This document shows, piece by piece, positions 13,626 through 25,780 of a DNA stretch of 64,000 nucleotides. Position numbers and translations under genes: made by a program. The DNA is taken from positions 48,918,001 to 48,982,000 of the forward strand of contig OX597814.1 in assembly GCA_951406725.2 (NCBI GenBank), in the 5' to 3' direction. This DNA comes from Octopus vulgaris (lineage: Eukaryota). The notes beneath the pieces are model-generated. The model had not been told where the DNA came from, ran no database searches, and saw only the letters and a list, made by a program, of their open reading frames with translations. The stretch's first letter is position 1, and the number at the start of each line of letters is the position of its first letter.

Positions 13626-14170
13626 CGAGGATGAGTCAAAAAGTAATGCCATTTTGTTTAGGACAGGTATAAATACCAACACAGGAACATGTATCATACA
13701 TCAAAATGAAGCTGGTCCTCTGTGGATCACATCTCTACTTCTCAACATAGTCACCGTTTCTCTCAATAGCAATGTTCCGCCTTTGAATGTATGTATCCCT
13801 GCTCTGTAAAATTCTGTTGACTGTTCTTTGAGCCACTTCTTCACTACAGTTTTCACTTCCTCGTCACTGGACTATCATCTCTTAGGCCCCGTGGAAGAGG
13901 AGTTGAGAGGCAAACATTATTCCAGTGACGAGGAAATGAAAACTGTTGTGAAGAAGTGGCTCAAAGAACAGTCAATAGAATTTTACGTGGCAGGGATACA
14001 TGCTCTCATTCGAAGGTGGAACATTGCTATTGAGAGAAATGGTGAATATTTTGAGAAGTAAGGATGTGATCCACAGAGGAGCAGCTTCATTTTGATGTGT
14101 GATACATGTTCCTGTGTTGGTAATTATACATGTCCTAAACAAAATGGCATTACTTTTTGACTCACCCTCG
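13626..14170. mobile_element. Mariner-derived foldback element made of two inverted 3' ends
   Basis: TA|CGAGGATGAGTCAAAAAGTAATGCC ... GGCATTACTTTTTGACTCACCCTCG|TA. Arms 13626-13871 and 13921-14170 are inverted copies. The right arm encodes a mariner transposase C-terminus (DYHLLGPVEEELRGKHYSSDEEMK..WL..FY..GIHALIRRW..IERNGEY). Confidence 0.92.
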
Positions 14171-14499
14171 TATATTCATATTTTATTTTCCGTTTCTCCT
14201 CCTCCTTCTTTGCTGTCCCCTGTCTATCTTTTTTCCACCCTTTACTATCTTTCGTTCCTTCTCCCTTCTCAATCCCTTTGTTTCTTTCCCTCATCCTCTC
14301 TCTTGCCTCCCTTCTCCTCTGCCTGTTTGTTCCCACGTGACTACAGGCCATTTTTTATCACCTCTGCTTTTTTCTGGACGCGACGCGTTCTTAACTGGAC
14401 GTCATTTTCTCTATTTTTTTTTTTACTCTTCTACTATTTTCTTCTCTTGTATTTATTCTATATCCTTTCATAATTTCTCCCTGGCGTTACCCATTACAA

Positions 14500-14850
14500 A
14501 CTAAATCAAATGGAATCTCAGTGCTGCGAAATACTTGGAAACATAAGGCGTTCCATGGCAAACGCCCTACAAGGGTCAGCGATCCTAATGTAGATACAAA
14601 TTTAACCCATCAATGGATGACAGTATCTGGAATTAAGTCAAAACAGAGAGTTTCATTATAGTAGCTCAGGATCAGTGTCTATCCACAAGAAACTATCAAG
14701 CGAAAATGGTGCTGATCCTGCCTGCCGCTTTTGTGGTCAAACCAGGTAAACAATTGACCACCTGATCTCTGGGAGTTCTTTGATAGCCTCAGACGAATAT
14801 ATTAATTGCCATGATAGAATTGGCCAGTATTTACACTGGATCATATGTAA
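14500..14850 (+). mobile_element. R4/Dong-like LINE fragment, decayed
   Basis: Manual translation WKHKAFHGK..LTHQW..ESFIIVAQDQCLSTRNYQ..CRFCGQ..TIDHLISG..HDRIGQYLHWIIC is homologous to the 5795-6316 ORF. Confidence 0.8.
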
Positions 14851-14869
14851 TTCCACCGCTTTAAAAGAG

Positions 14870-15020
14870 AGATACCTGAAATTTTGAAGGGAGAGGGCTT
14901 GTCCATGTCATAGACTAGACCCTAGTATTTGATTGGTATTCTGTTATTGACTCCGAAAAGAATGAAATGCAAAATTGACTTCAGCGGGATTTGAACTCAG
15001 AATGTAAAGAGCTGGAATGC
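14870..15020 (-). mobile_element. SINE type A, degenerate
   Basis: GACTCCGAAAAGAATGAAATGCAAAATTGAC..GGGATTTGAACTCAGAA. Confidence 0.65.
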
Positions 15021-15959
15021 AAGACCATATGGTTTTTAATGATAAATAATAGGATATTCTTTAAAGTTTTAAACTTAGAAAGGAAACTTTAAAAGTTTTT
15101 CAACAATCCGAAAGGCTACCTCTGGTTTATAGTAATCTTTTATGGCTTCGTTACAGGTGAAAGGTGAGCACCCATGCCCCAAGGCCTCTAAGACCAGTAG
15201 AAGAAAGTTTTGGAGGGTAGGGTTTCAGCCTGGAGACATTGATCCACTGCTTACAAAAAAGTGAAATCTTTTAGAAGTCCCCTAGAATCATCTTGCCTAC
15301 ACATAGCTAATAACGATTTCTATGATTGATACATGGCAAAAACAGGGGGATAATCGATTTAATATACTCTACCACTTTATCGACTCTAGTGTTCTGGAGT
15401 GAGGAAGCAAAGTCTATATCAACAGAATTTACACTTTAAAGGTATAGGAACGGATTTATATACTGCAAAGTTTTTAGTCATACATCCCACAACCCGCTCT
15501 TCACTCGGAGAGAAAATTCCTGAACTTGCCCCCCCCCCATTCTCTTCGTATTCTAACTACTTTGATTTCACAACGCCCCACTCCATTGCTAATTAGGTTA
15601 CTAACGGAAGCTATCAACTACATTTTAGGAAACCCTCCGAGCATTTGAAAAACGTATCCATGAACTCACCTTACTGTTTCTTTTTTTTCTCTTTTTTTTT
15701 TTCACATGTTAATATCTGTAAGAGATTTGTTTTACCTAGAAAACGTCGAAAGTAAACATGTTTTGACCTTTATGCTTCTTCCCAGGATGTTAGCAGCAAA
15801 TGTACAGTGAATTTGAAACTGTAATCGAACCGCTAGTCGGATCACTTCCAAAGTTAATAACGAAATTACACACCTTATTTACTTTTTGATTATTTTAAAA
15901 AATTATTAATGTGTATGCTTCTTTATTTATTCAGTATTTACTCGTTATCTTTCTTTTAA

Positions 15960-16106
<147 letters not shown>

Positions 16107-16394
16107 TAATATTTTTGCTTAAATTTGTTTGGCTTATACGTACTAGTGGGTCTGCTCATGATACTCGCTTTTGGTTTTGTTGTTCTTGGATGTGTATTTA
16201 TATTTTTAAAAACAGTGCTTTTTAAAAAAAACTAAAGTTCCTGGAAGATATTCAACCAACCTCCCTCAGCTATCCTCTCAATATACAAGGAGGGTATTGC
16301 GTTTTCTTGTTTTCCTGCATTGTATGAACGTTTATATTTTCCGCTTTTTACTACAAACTCAGTATAGCTTTTATATATATGCATATATGTACAT

Positions 16395-17093
16395 ATGCCA
16401 TTATTCAGTTTATTTCAATACTTCTTGCCAATAGAGAAAGAACCGCTTTCTAACCTAGGTCCAAGGTTCCTTCATCGGAATTTCAACATCAACAACAGGT
16501 TATTTTTGTTTGTATGTATGTCATGCATATAGTTGCATATTTAGACATGCTTATAATGATTAACTTCTGGAAAGTTTCACAGATTTTTACACTTCCAGTG
16601 ATGGACAGGATCTGTAGTCTTCGTATTAACTTTCTTCTTTCCGGCTTTGAGAAACCTAATTTCTCAAGATTGGTATTTAGGCAGTGTGTTACATATCCCA
16701 GGACCCCAATAATTACCGGTATAAACCTGAACTTGTAATCTGGATAGAATAACTGCAGATTTCTCAATAGTTTGTATAGGTGTTCTCTTTTTCACTGATC
16801 TTCAGCTTTATGTTAACACCCGCTGGGCAGCTAATTTCCACAACTGTGCACAGTTTCTCTTCTCTATCCCAAATCATTATATCAGGTCTGTTGTACTTAC
16901 ATTTTATTAAGGTCTTCACTGGTAAATTCCACCAGTATTCCTTTTTATAATGGGTGGCTATGACTCCTACCATATTGTGGGTTCTTATTTCTTTGTCCTC
17001 GGGATTATCCTTCCCACGGATTTCATTATGGAGTGTCCTTGCTACAACGTCATGTCTCATCGGTAAATAATACTGTACTGACATTTTCGGACA
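16395..17093 (-). mobile_element. RLE-type (R4/NeSL-like) LINE 3' end inside the tubulin intron
   Basis: ORFs 16764-17084 and 16489-16767: RHDVVA..WWN..NRPDIMIWDREEKLCTVVEISCP..EKENTY / FIPVIIGVLG. This is a PD..E RLE domain with a frameshift. Confidence 0.85.
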
Positions 17094-17875
17094 ATCTCTC
17101 GGTTGAAGCTGAATTGAAAGAGACTTAATTGCTTTACATATGGCTTTGTAGAACAGGAATGGAAGTCTTTTTTAGGATCAAGGGCGAATTGCGGCTGCAT
17201 AAGAGCCAGTGGATGGGTGGAAAATCTGTTCTGGAAGGATTAATGACTCGTTAATTTCTATAAAGAGTGAAGAATACAACTTATATTAAATCATCGTTTT
17301 GGTCTTAAGGTTTAGAATATGTTATTCATGTGGGCTTTTAAAGGCTTCATCGAGTGATTTCAAAATAGCAATAGGGAGAGATGTCGCCCGTGGGCTATGT
17401 AGCGGCTTCCAAGCTGTCTCGAAAATATTTCGTGTTTTTTTTTTCTTTTTCTTTATGCCAGACGACCACAGTAGATTGAGAAAACTTTTAATGAATAAAT
17501 GAATAAATTATTTTCGCACACGACGATATACCCATGAAGAAAAAGAAAAAATACACAAATGTCATTCAGTCTTAATTCTCTTCCCTAATAAATATTTACC
17601 TCAGTAAGAAATCGAATGTTTCATATGTTTAAAGTCATTTTGTTTAATGCTGTCTGAATAAGATATGAACCATTAAATTCATGTCTATAATGTATGTTGT
17701 ATATCTTGAAGTCTTGTGCTAGTCTTTAGACATTCATTTTCATATCATATTGAGTAGAAGTAGGATCCGATGGTCGAAATTTTGGCGACCCAATTTCAGT
17801 TTCCGATTGAAGTCGGTATAATTTTCAATATACAGGAAATACATTTCTCATTATGATTTCAATTTAATGTTTAAG

Positions 17876-17994
17876 GAATGGAAGAAGGCGAATTCAGTGA
17901 AGCGAGGGAAGACATGGCGACATTAGAAAAAGACTATGAAGAGGTTGGACATGAATCAGATTCAGATGAGGATGAAGAGCAGAATGAATTCTAA
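17876..17994 (+). CDS. TUBA: Alpha-tubulin, last coding exon
   Basis: tttaag|GA ATG GAA GAA.. translates (G)[38 protein letters not shown]. Phase matches the previous exon; stop TAA at 17992-17994. Confidence 0.96.
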
Positions 17995-18298
17995 AAGTTG
18001 AAAAAATAATGAAACGAATATATATATATTTATTTAACTATTAACTTATATATTTATTTTAGTATTAACTTATTTATTTATTAATTTATTACAAAATTCA
18101 TTTCGCCAGTTTACTCCTGTATGTTTATTCATCTTTTACTGCATTAATTATGAAATTCGTCTTTCTGTGTTTCTACTTTTCTATTTGTGAGTACATCCGT
18201 GTATTTTCTTCATAGTATTTATTAAATTTATTTATTCTTTCGTGATTCTATCAAACTGACCCTTTCAATTTAAACTTGATTATTAATAATTGACCCAT

Positions 18299-18304
18299 AA
18301 TAAA
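18299..18304 (+). terminator. Candidate polyadenylation signal of the tubulin gene
   Basis: AATAAA ~300 bp after the stop, followed by T/GT-rich sequence. Confidence 0.5.
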
Positions 18305-18834
18305 TGGTAATATTTAACTATTGCTCTGAAATTCTTTGTTTCCAGTTTCCTATTCTGAAAAATGTATTGATAGATTTTAGGAAGATGCCACATAAATACA
18401 TGTATATATTGAAGTAATTTTTATTAAATGTTGTATATGAGTTGTAAACGCATTGGAATCGACAGATCCAAGACACTTAATACTCTCCCAAAATATACAG
18501 CACACGATTTCACATCAGAATTTTGCGAAACAAAAATATTTCATACATAAGCGCGCGCGCGTGTCTGTGTGTGATTCCGTGTGTACTTTTGTGTAACAAG
18601 CAATGCGGTGACCGATGAGCTAGCAGGAGGAAAGAAAGGAAGCTAGAACTCTGCTGAATAACTCCTCATCAACAAAGCTGAACTTAACGAGGCAAAACGC
18701 CGAAATCTGCTGATTTTAAGACGTTTAACTTCGCTCCTCCTTCGTAACTGACAGATTCATTACACCGTAAAATGGTTCCAACTGCTATAGTCCAATATCT
18801 TAACGTGTATCAGATCGGGTGTGCGCATGCGGAT

Positions 18835-18975
18835 TTCCTTTCAGTTTCCGTTTACAAAATCCACCCACAAGTAGACCCGTGGCTATAGTAGAAGACACAT
18901 CCCCAAGGTGTCACGCAGTAGAATTGAACCCAGAACTATATGGTTGAGGAGCAAACTTTCTACCACAAAGCCTTG
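18835..18975 (-). mobile_element. SINE type B 5' half, degenerate
   Basis: TTTCAGTTTCCGT..GGCTATAGTAGAAGACAC..GAACCCAGAAC. Confidence 0.75.
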
Positions 18976-19094
18976 CACACACACATACACACACACACAC
19001 ACACACATGGTATGTATACACATATAGATATATATACATACATTGATGCAACATACACAGAAACATTCATATATATGCGTATAGATATACATAC

Positions 19095-19136
19095 ATGCAT
19101 ACATCATACATAGAAATGCATATATATACGTATAAG

Positions 19137-19172
<36 letters not shown>

Positions 19173-19291
19173 CATACATATATGCATGCATACATACATA
19201 TGTACGTACATACGTACGTATGTACATACATACATACATACATACATACATACATACATACATACATACATACATACATACATACATACAT
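19095..19291. repeat. (TACA)n microsatellite
   Basis: Directly visible. Confidence 0.95.
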
Positions 19292-19623
19292 AGCTGTTTA
19301 TCAATCTGATTATTAATTATATTTTAATGGTAGGATGTCATTTTATGTAAGGATGAAAACCTTAGCACATGAAGTAAACTATTTTAAGTGATTGCTATGG
19401 AGACGACTGCATTTCTGATTTACTTAAAAGTACATTTTCAAAATGGGGTTTCCTCTTCAGAAGTAAGAAATATGTACTTTAGCCTATAGAAACAAAGTGT
19501 TGCTTTACTCCCAACCATGGCGGGATTTACGGGACATAAAAGGAAAGAGGCGGAACAAATACCGCCAAGTATTATCTCCAACACACTCAATATTCTACCA
19601 ATCCAACCCCCTACGTATGTATG

Positions 19624-19655
<32 letters not shown>

Positions 19656-19656
19656 A

Positions 19657-19696
<40 letters not shown>

Positions 19697-19719
19697 GTAT
19701 ATACACACTTATAAATATT

Positions 19720-19857
19720 CTTTTATTCTTTTACTAGTTTCAGTAATATGACTGCGGCCAATGCTGGAGCATCGCCTTCAGTCGAACAACTCGACCACAG
19801 GACATATTCTTTGTAAGCTTAATACTTATTCTATCGGTCTCTTTTGCAGAACCGCTT

Positions 19858-19919
<62 letters not shown>

Positions 19920-20072
19920 CGGGCGTCTTTCACTTTCCGTCTACCACTCACAAGGCTTCGGTCGGCCCGAGGCTATAGTAGAAGACAACTGCCTAAGTTA
20001 CACGCAGTGGGACTGAATCCGGAACTATGTGGTTGTGAGGTAAGCTTCTTAACTCCCAGCCACTCGTGCGCT
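19720..20072 (-). mobile_element. SINE type B with internal deletion and (CA)n expansion
   Basis: Matches 12232-12643 in blocks. Confidence 0.8.
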
Positions 20073-20379
20073 TGCATACATATATATATATATATACAGA
20101 CGTATATATATATATAATCAAAATAAGCAACAAGTATATCCAAGATAGAGTAGTCATACAAAATTCCGGTGTCTTTAGCTTAAGTACCATATTCATCTGA
20201 ATCTAAATTTTGCTGAACTTATATATATATAATCAGCTTCATGAATGTACTTATGTCCGTGACACTATTAGTGTCGCATATAATGCATGTAGTATGAAGC
20301 AGTTATAGTAATTTTAGACTCTCCTTAGATGGAGCACTCTTCTTATTGATTTTTACAAAAATTCCTTTCGTATATATAA

Positions 20380-20380
<1 letters not shown>

Positions 20381-20412
<32 letters not shown>

Positions 20413-20588
20413 TACATACATACATACATACATACATACATACATACATACATACATACATACATACATACATACATACATACATACATACATACATACA
20501 TACATACATACATACATACATACATACATACATACATACATACGTACGTACGTACGTACGTACGTACGTACGTACGTACGTACGTACG
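20381..20588. repeat. Compound tetranucleotide microsatellite (GATA)(GACA)(TACA)n(TACG)n
   Basis: Directly visible. Confidence 0.95.
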
Positions 20589-20639
20589 TGTCACCGCCAC
20601 GGGTATCACAACTACAATTTCCATTTGATTTTCATTTTG

Positions 20640-21300
20640 ATATTGATGTTGATGTACTTGACTCAATAGGTCTCCTCATGCACAGCATGTCACCCTACGA
20701 TCCAAGGTACTTTCGAATGGGTTCGAGTTGGTTATGCGAAACCGGCGTCGGATACAACCGTGAACTCACTTTATTTGCCAGGTCTTCGCAGTCACAGCAT
20801 ATCTCCAGCGGTCTCGGTCATTCGTCATTGCTTCTATGAGGCCCAACGATCAAAGATCATGCTCCACCACCTCTTTCCATGTCTTCCTGGGTCTACCTCT
20901 ACCCCGGTTTCCTTTAACTGTTTGGGAGTGGCACTTCTTTACACATTTCTCCTCATCCATCCGTAGTACATGACCATACCAACGCAAACGTCTCTCTTGC
21001 ATACCACATCCGATGCTTCTTATGTCCAACATCAGGGCGCTTACACTCTGTCGTGTGTGCACACTCACATAACACATCCAGTAGATCGTGCTAGCTTCCT
21101 TTCTTTCGTGCCTACGCATGTCCTCAGCAGTCATGGTCCATGTTTCACTACCGTGTAGCATGTCAGTTTACACATATGCATCGTACAATCTACATTACAT
21201 TCTGAATTGTCACCAGTAGGGGTAGAAGCTTTCTAAACTTTGTCCAGGCTATTCTTATTCTAGTGGTAGCACTCTCTGAGCATCAACCCCCACTTGGTCA
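20640..21300 (-). mobile_element. RTE-clade LINE 3' end
   Basis: ORF 20850-21161 carries MLHGSETW, RRLRWYGHVLRM and GRGRPRKTW, which are RTE C-terminal motifs, followed by a 3' UTR. Confidence 0.9.
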
Positions 21301-21312
21301 GTAGTATATATT

Positions 21313-21316
<4 letters not shown>

Positions 21317-21367
<51 letters not shown>

Positions 21368-21374
21368 TAATATA

Positions 21375-21430
<56 letters not shown>

Positions 21431-21469
21431 ATATATGAATACGTATATATGCATATATTAATATACATA

Positions 21470-21515
<46 letters not shown>

Positions 21516-21577
21516 ATATATTACTATATATATATACATTTATATATGCATATATTACTATATATATATATATATAT
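21317..21577. repeat. (TA)n-rich compound microsatellite
   Basis: Directly visible. Confidence 0.9.
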
Positions 21578-21581
21578 TTGT

Positions 21582-21958
21582 ATACTCTTTTCTCTTTTAC
21601 TCTTTTACTTGTTTCAGTCATTAGACTGCGGCCATGCTGGAGCACCGCCTTTAGTACTTATTCTATCGGTCTCTTTGCCGAACCGCTAAGTGACGGGGAC
21701 GTAAACACACCAGCATCGGTTGTCAAGCAATGCTAGGGGGACAAACACAGGCACACAAACATACGCACACACACATATATATATATACATATATACGACA
21801 GGCTTCTTTCAGTTTCCGTCTACTAAATCCACTCACAAGGCATTGGTCGGCCCGGGGCTATAGCAGAAGACACTTGCCCAAGATGCCACGCAGTGGGACT
21901 GAACCCGGAACCATGTGGTTGGTAGACAAGCTACTTACCACACAGCCACTCCTGCGCC
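21582..21958 (-). mobile_element. SINE type B
   Basis: Near-identical to 12232-12643 apart from a short internal deletion. Confidence 0.9.
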
Positions 21959-21996
21959 ATATATTAAAATATATGTATGTATTAATATATATGTAT

Positions 21997-23589
21997 ACTA
22001 GCACTATGACCCGGCAATGCCCGGTCATAGTGCTAGTTTTGTGCTAAATCCCTTTCTTTGTTTTCGGAAATTATGTCCGCCTTTCCATCGTATATGTTTT
22101 TTTAACGCGTTTGACTGAGCCTCTGCAGATTCTGAGCCCATCCAGAGGTACAGCTGAACTGGGTAATTAATCATCGCAAATTTGGCGGCTTTGTTGAAGA
22201 TGAAGGGGGAGCATGTTAGAAAATCGATCAAGACCACCATGAAAGCAAACCTTCACCAACAAAACGAAATGAATAATCAGGGCTGACAAAGTTTTCAAAT
22301 TTCCTAGCGAGCGGGAAAATGTGACTGGAAATTAATTAGCATCTCAATTTTCACTCGTATCTCAAAACACAAAAGCATGAAATTTCGCTTAAGAAAATCT
22401 TTGTATCTTAGGTCATTCGTATCTCAAGTTAGGGCTAAAAGAAAAGGTTGCGGTCAATTTAAATGCGAAAACCCGCAAGGAATAGTTTTATTGAGTTTCC
22501 ATTGATTGATTGGCAATTTTGGTAAACTCGAATCAAATTAAGATTTCTTGCACCAAAAGGATAACTCTATGCACCTGCTGTGTAGGTAGCAAATGATTCG
22601 ATCTTAAGCTGAATGCAAACAAATAAACGTTTTTTTATGAAAATCCCTTGGGGGGTCAACTTACCCATTTTTCATTTTTAATCCTACTTGACTAAAGCAT
22701 CCTGGGCTCTCGCTGGATAACTTAAGTCAACCGAAAGCATAAAAGTAAAACTCTTCTTAAATAGATTCATTGAATAGGCTCCAGCTCTTTTATAGCATAG
22801 TTAAGGAATGATAACATATATGTTTCTTTATTACCCACAAGGGGCTAAACATAGAGGGGACAAACAAGGACAGACAAACGGATTAAGTCGATTACATCGA
22901 CCCCCAGTACGTAACTGGATATAATTTATCGACCCCGAAAGGATGAAAGGCAAAGTTGACCTCGGCGGAATTTGAACTCAGAACGTAACGGCAGACGAAA
23001 TACGGCTACGCATTTCGCCCAGCGTGCTAACGGTTCTGCCAGCCTGCCGCCTTTTAGTTAAAGAATGATAGCATATCAAGCATATTTGGTCTTTCATGAA
23101 AATAGCGCTCTCTTGTCATTCATTTGGTCTAACTCGTTAATTATTCCCTGCATTTCTCAAACCAAAAAAGCGTGCACGTTTGAAAACCAAAACACATGAT
23201 AACGCGTCTTCGCAAAACACAAAAATGCGCTGAGCCATACAGACTGTCTGCAAATGCGCACGCGCATTCAACTATCAAGGGTAAAATTATCTCCGTCCAA
23301 TCAAAAAACAGCTGGCAGTCTATTGGCGTATCCAGCTGTACGCACACACCGCGTACAAATTTCTCTGTTTTAGCAATTTTGAATGGATATGCCCATAACT
23401 TATGGTCATAAGGGGTCGGTTTATCGATTTTTTTTAATGGCTTTCTGTGGTGACTGGGGAGATGAAAAGATCTTCGCGACCACCTTCACACAGTTTTGAA
23501 AGCCCAAAAAAAATGCGAGCCTTTTACGTGAAAAACTGTGGATTTGTATAAAGGAAACATAGACACACAGACACACAGATACACAGACA

Positions 23590-23600
<11 letters not shown>
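21997..23600 (+). mobile_element. Putative non-autonomous Helitron/Helentron-like (DINE-1/HINE-like) element
   Basis: Starts with the hairpin ACTAGCACTATGAC-ccggcaatgcccg-GTCATAGTGCTAGT and ends in GGATTTGTATAAAG..(ACAGACAC)n..TTTATATAT inside a TA tract. This architecture resembles HINEs; the internal extent is inferred. Confidence 0.5.
22822..23052 (-). mobile_element. SINE type A, full length with TSD
   Basis: Reverse complement of 1885-2114, flanked by TAGTTAAGGAATGATAACATAT / TAGTTAAAGAATGATAGCATAT. Confidence 0.9.
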
Positions 23601-23647
<47 letters not shown>

Positions 23648-23734
23648 ATATATATATACATATATATATATGTATATGGACAAGAACGTATAACTCTTAG
23701 AAGACTATATATATGTATATGTATGTATAAAATA

Positions 23735-23938
23735 ATAAATAAATGCGCCCTTTTAAAGCCTAGCAAGGCTCATGGGCCCGGTTTCCCAGTTTCTATGGCG
23801 TATGCGTTCCCCAGCTGGACGGGACGCCAGTCCATCGCAGCGTTACTCATTTTTGTCAGCTGAGTGGACTGGAGCAACGCGAAATGAAGTGTTTTGCTCA
23901 AAAACATAACGTGACACCCGGTCCAGGAATCGAAACAC
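23735..23938 (-). mobile_element. SINE type D (CORE-like plus V-domain-like segment), 5'-truncated
   Basis: Minus strand GTTTCGATTCC (B box), TTGAGCAAAACACTTCA, GCGATGGACTGGCGTCCCGTCCAG and a (TTTA)n tail. Confidence 0.65.
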
Positions 23939-24132
23939 AAATAGACGCTCTCTTAGGCATACACAGATATTTACATTTTGGAAACGAAGCTGCTTTCCCA
24001 AAAGTTAAAATGGTATCCAATCATCTAAATACTACATAAAAAAAAAAAAGAAAACAGCTTTCCTGCCAGTAAAATCAGAACCCTTTACTGCTTTAACCCT
24101 TTAAATTCAGATTACTCTGACAAATGCAATGT

Positions 24133-24524
24133 CTCTTTTACTTGTTTCAGTTATTTGACTGCGGCCATGCTGGAGCACCGCCTTTAATCGAGCAAATCGA
24201 CCCAGGGACTTATTCTTTTGTAAGCCCAGTACTTATTCTATCGGTCTCTTTTGTCGAACCGCTAAGTAACGGGGACATAAACACACCAGCATCGGCTGTC
24301 AAGCAATGCTAGGGGGACAAACACAGACATACAAACACACACGCATATATATACATATATACGACGGGCTTCTTTCAGTTTCCGTCTACCAAATCCACTC
24401 ACAAGGCTTTGGTCGGCCCGGGGCCATAGTAGAAGACACTTGCCCAAGGTGCCACACAGTGGGACTGAACCCGGAACCATGTGAATGGTAAACAAGCTAC
24501 TTACCACACAGCCACTCCTGCGCC
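24133..24524 (-). mobile_element. SINE type B, full length
   Basis: Near-identical to 12232-12643. Confidence 0.9.
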
Positions 24525-24546
24525 ACATTGTATGACCCGTCCTGCT

Positions 24547-24588
<42 letters not shown>

Positions 24589-25654
24589 TTTTCCGCACAG
24601 TCCACCGGGCCCAGTCTTCACATACATGGCTAGATAAGCCCTAGCTCATCGAGAGCTTGAGAGCCATTGGGTATCCTCACCATGTCCCGGAGTGTGGCCG
24701 CTGTTGCATGAAGACTGCTTCGGGGAGTCACAGGAGACAGCCGGATGTCAGCTGAGGCCCCATGCGGACGAACTACTCCGAAGAGCACCACATATTCCCT
24801 CATCAGAGATACTACTCCTCCCAGACACCCCATGTACCCTAAAGCAACTCATGCACCCCAAAGACACTCCATGGGTATGTGTGTGTGTGTGTGTGCGTGC
24901 GTGAAAAATTATATATGTACGGTTAAGATTTTATTATGAAGATAAATTATACATTAAAAGTACATATTTGAGTCAATACAATTTTTTTTTGTCTGAAGCT
25001 GGGGATTTGTTTTACGCTATATTTACGCTAAAATCTAAGCTGAGTTCAAATTCTTGAGTTAATTTTTATCACGACATCGAATCAAAATGTATCTCGCTAT
25101 ATTCACAAAAAGCAGCTAAAGAGAATTCCAACTGTATCTGGCCAAGAAAGAATGGAAGTAAATTTCAAAGGGCGTCTTCGAGCCCAAAGTCTGGGTTTTC
25201 TTAACATCTAGTAGGCTTACAATGCAGGCAATGGTACAGAGTGTGATAGCAAACGATTATCCAGGACTCTCTGAAGATCTTCTGCTGTTCAGCTCTCCCT
25301 AGAGATTTGATTACTGAATGACTGAAATTCATGTATGAAACAAGTATTGGAGACTGGTGTGCTAATTAAAAACCATTGCCTTTTATTGGTCATAAATAAC
25401 AGTACATCATTGAAAGCGCTCAGTTGCATAACCAGCAATGAAGCTAATCTCCTCCAAACATTAAATACAGGATTCGAAATACGTCAGTGATCGTGTTGCA
25501 CATTTTCTTCTCAAATTGCTGCTTCTAATGTTTTAATCGATGTCTTTATATATATATAACATCCGCTTTATTGATAACATCCCTGCATTCAATTTTACAC
25601 TTTTATCCTGGTTGTTTTCAAACTTTCTTGTCATTGATATATGAGACGTTTATT

Positions 25655-25780
25655 CTGTCGTGGTCAACTTACCTTTCATCCTTTCGGGTTGATATAAGTA
25701 CCAACTGAGCACTGGGGTCGATGTGATCGACTTACCCCCTCCCCGAGATTACTGGCCTCGTGTTAAAATTTTAAACCAAT
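25655..25780 (+). mobile_element. SINE type A 3' fragment
   Basis: GGTCAACTTACCTTTCATCCTTTCGGG..GAGCACTGGGGTCGATGT. Confidence 0.75.
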
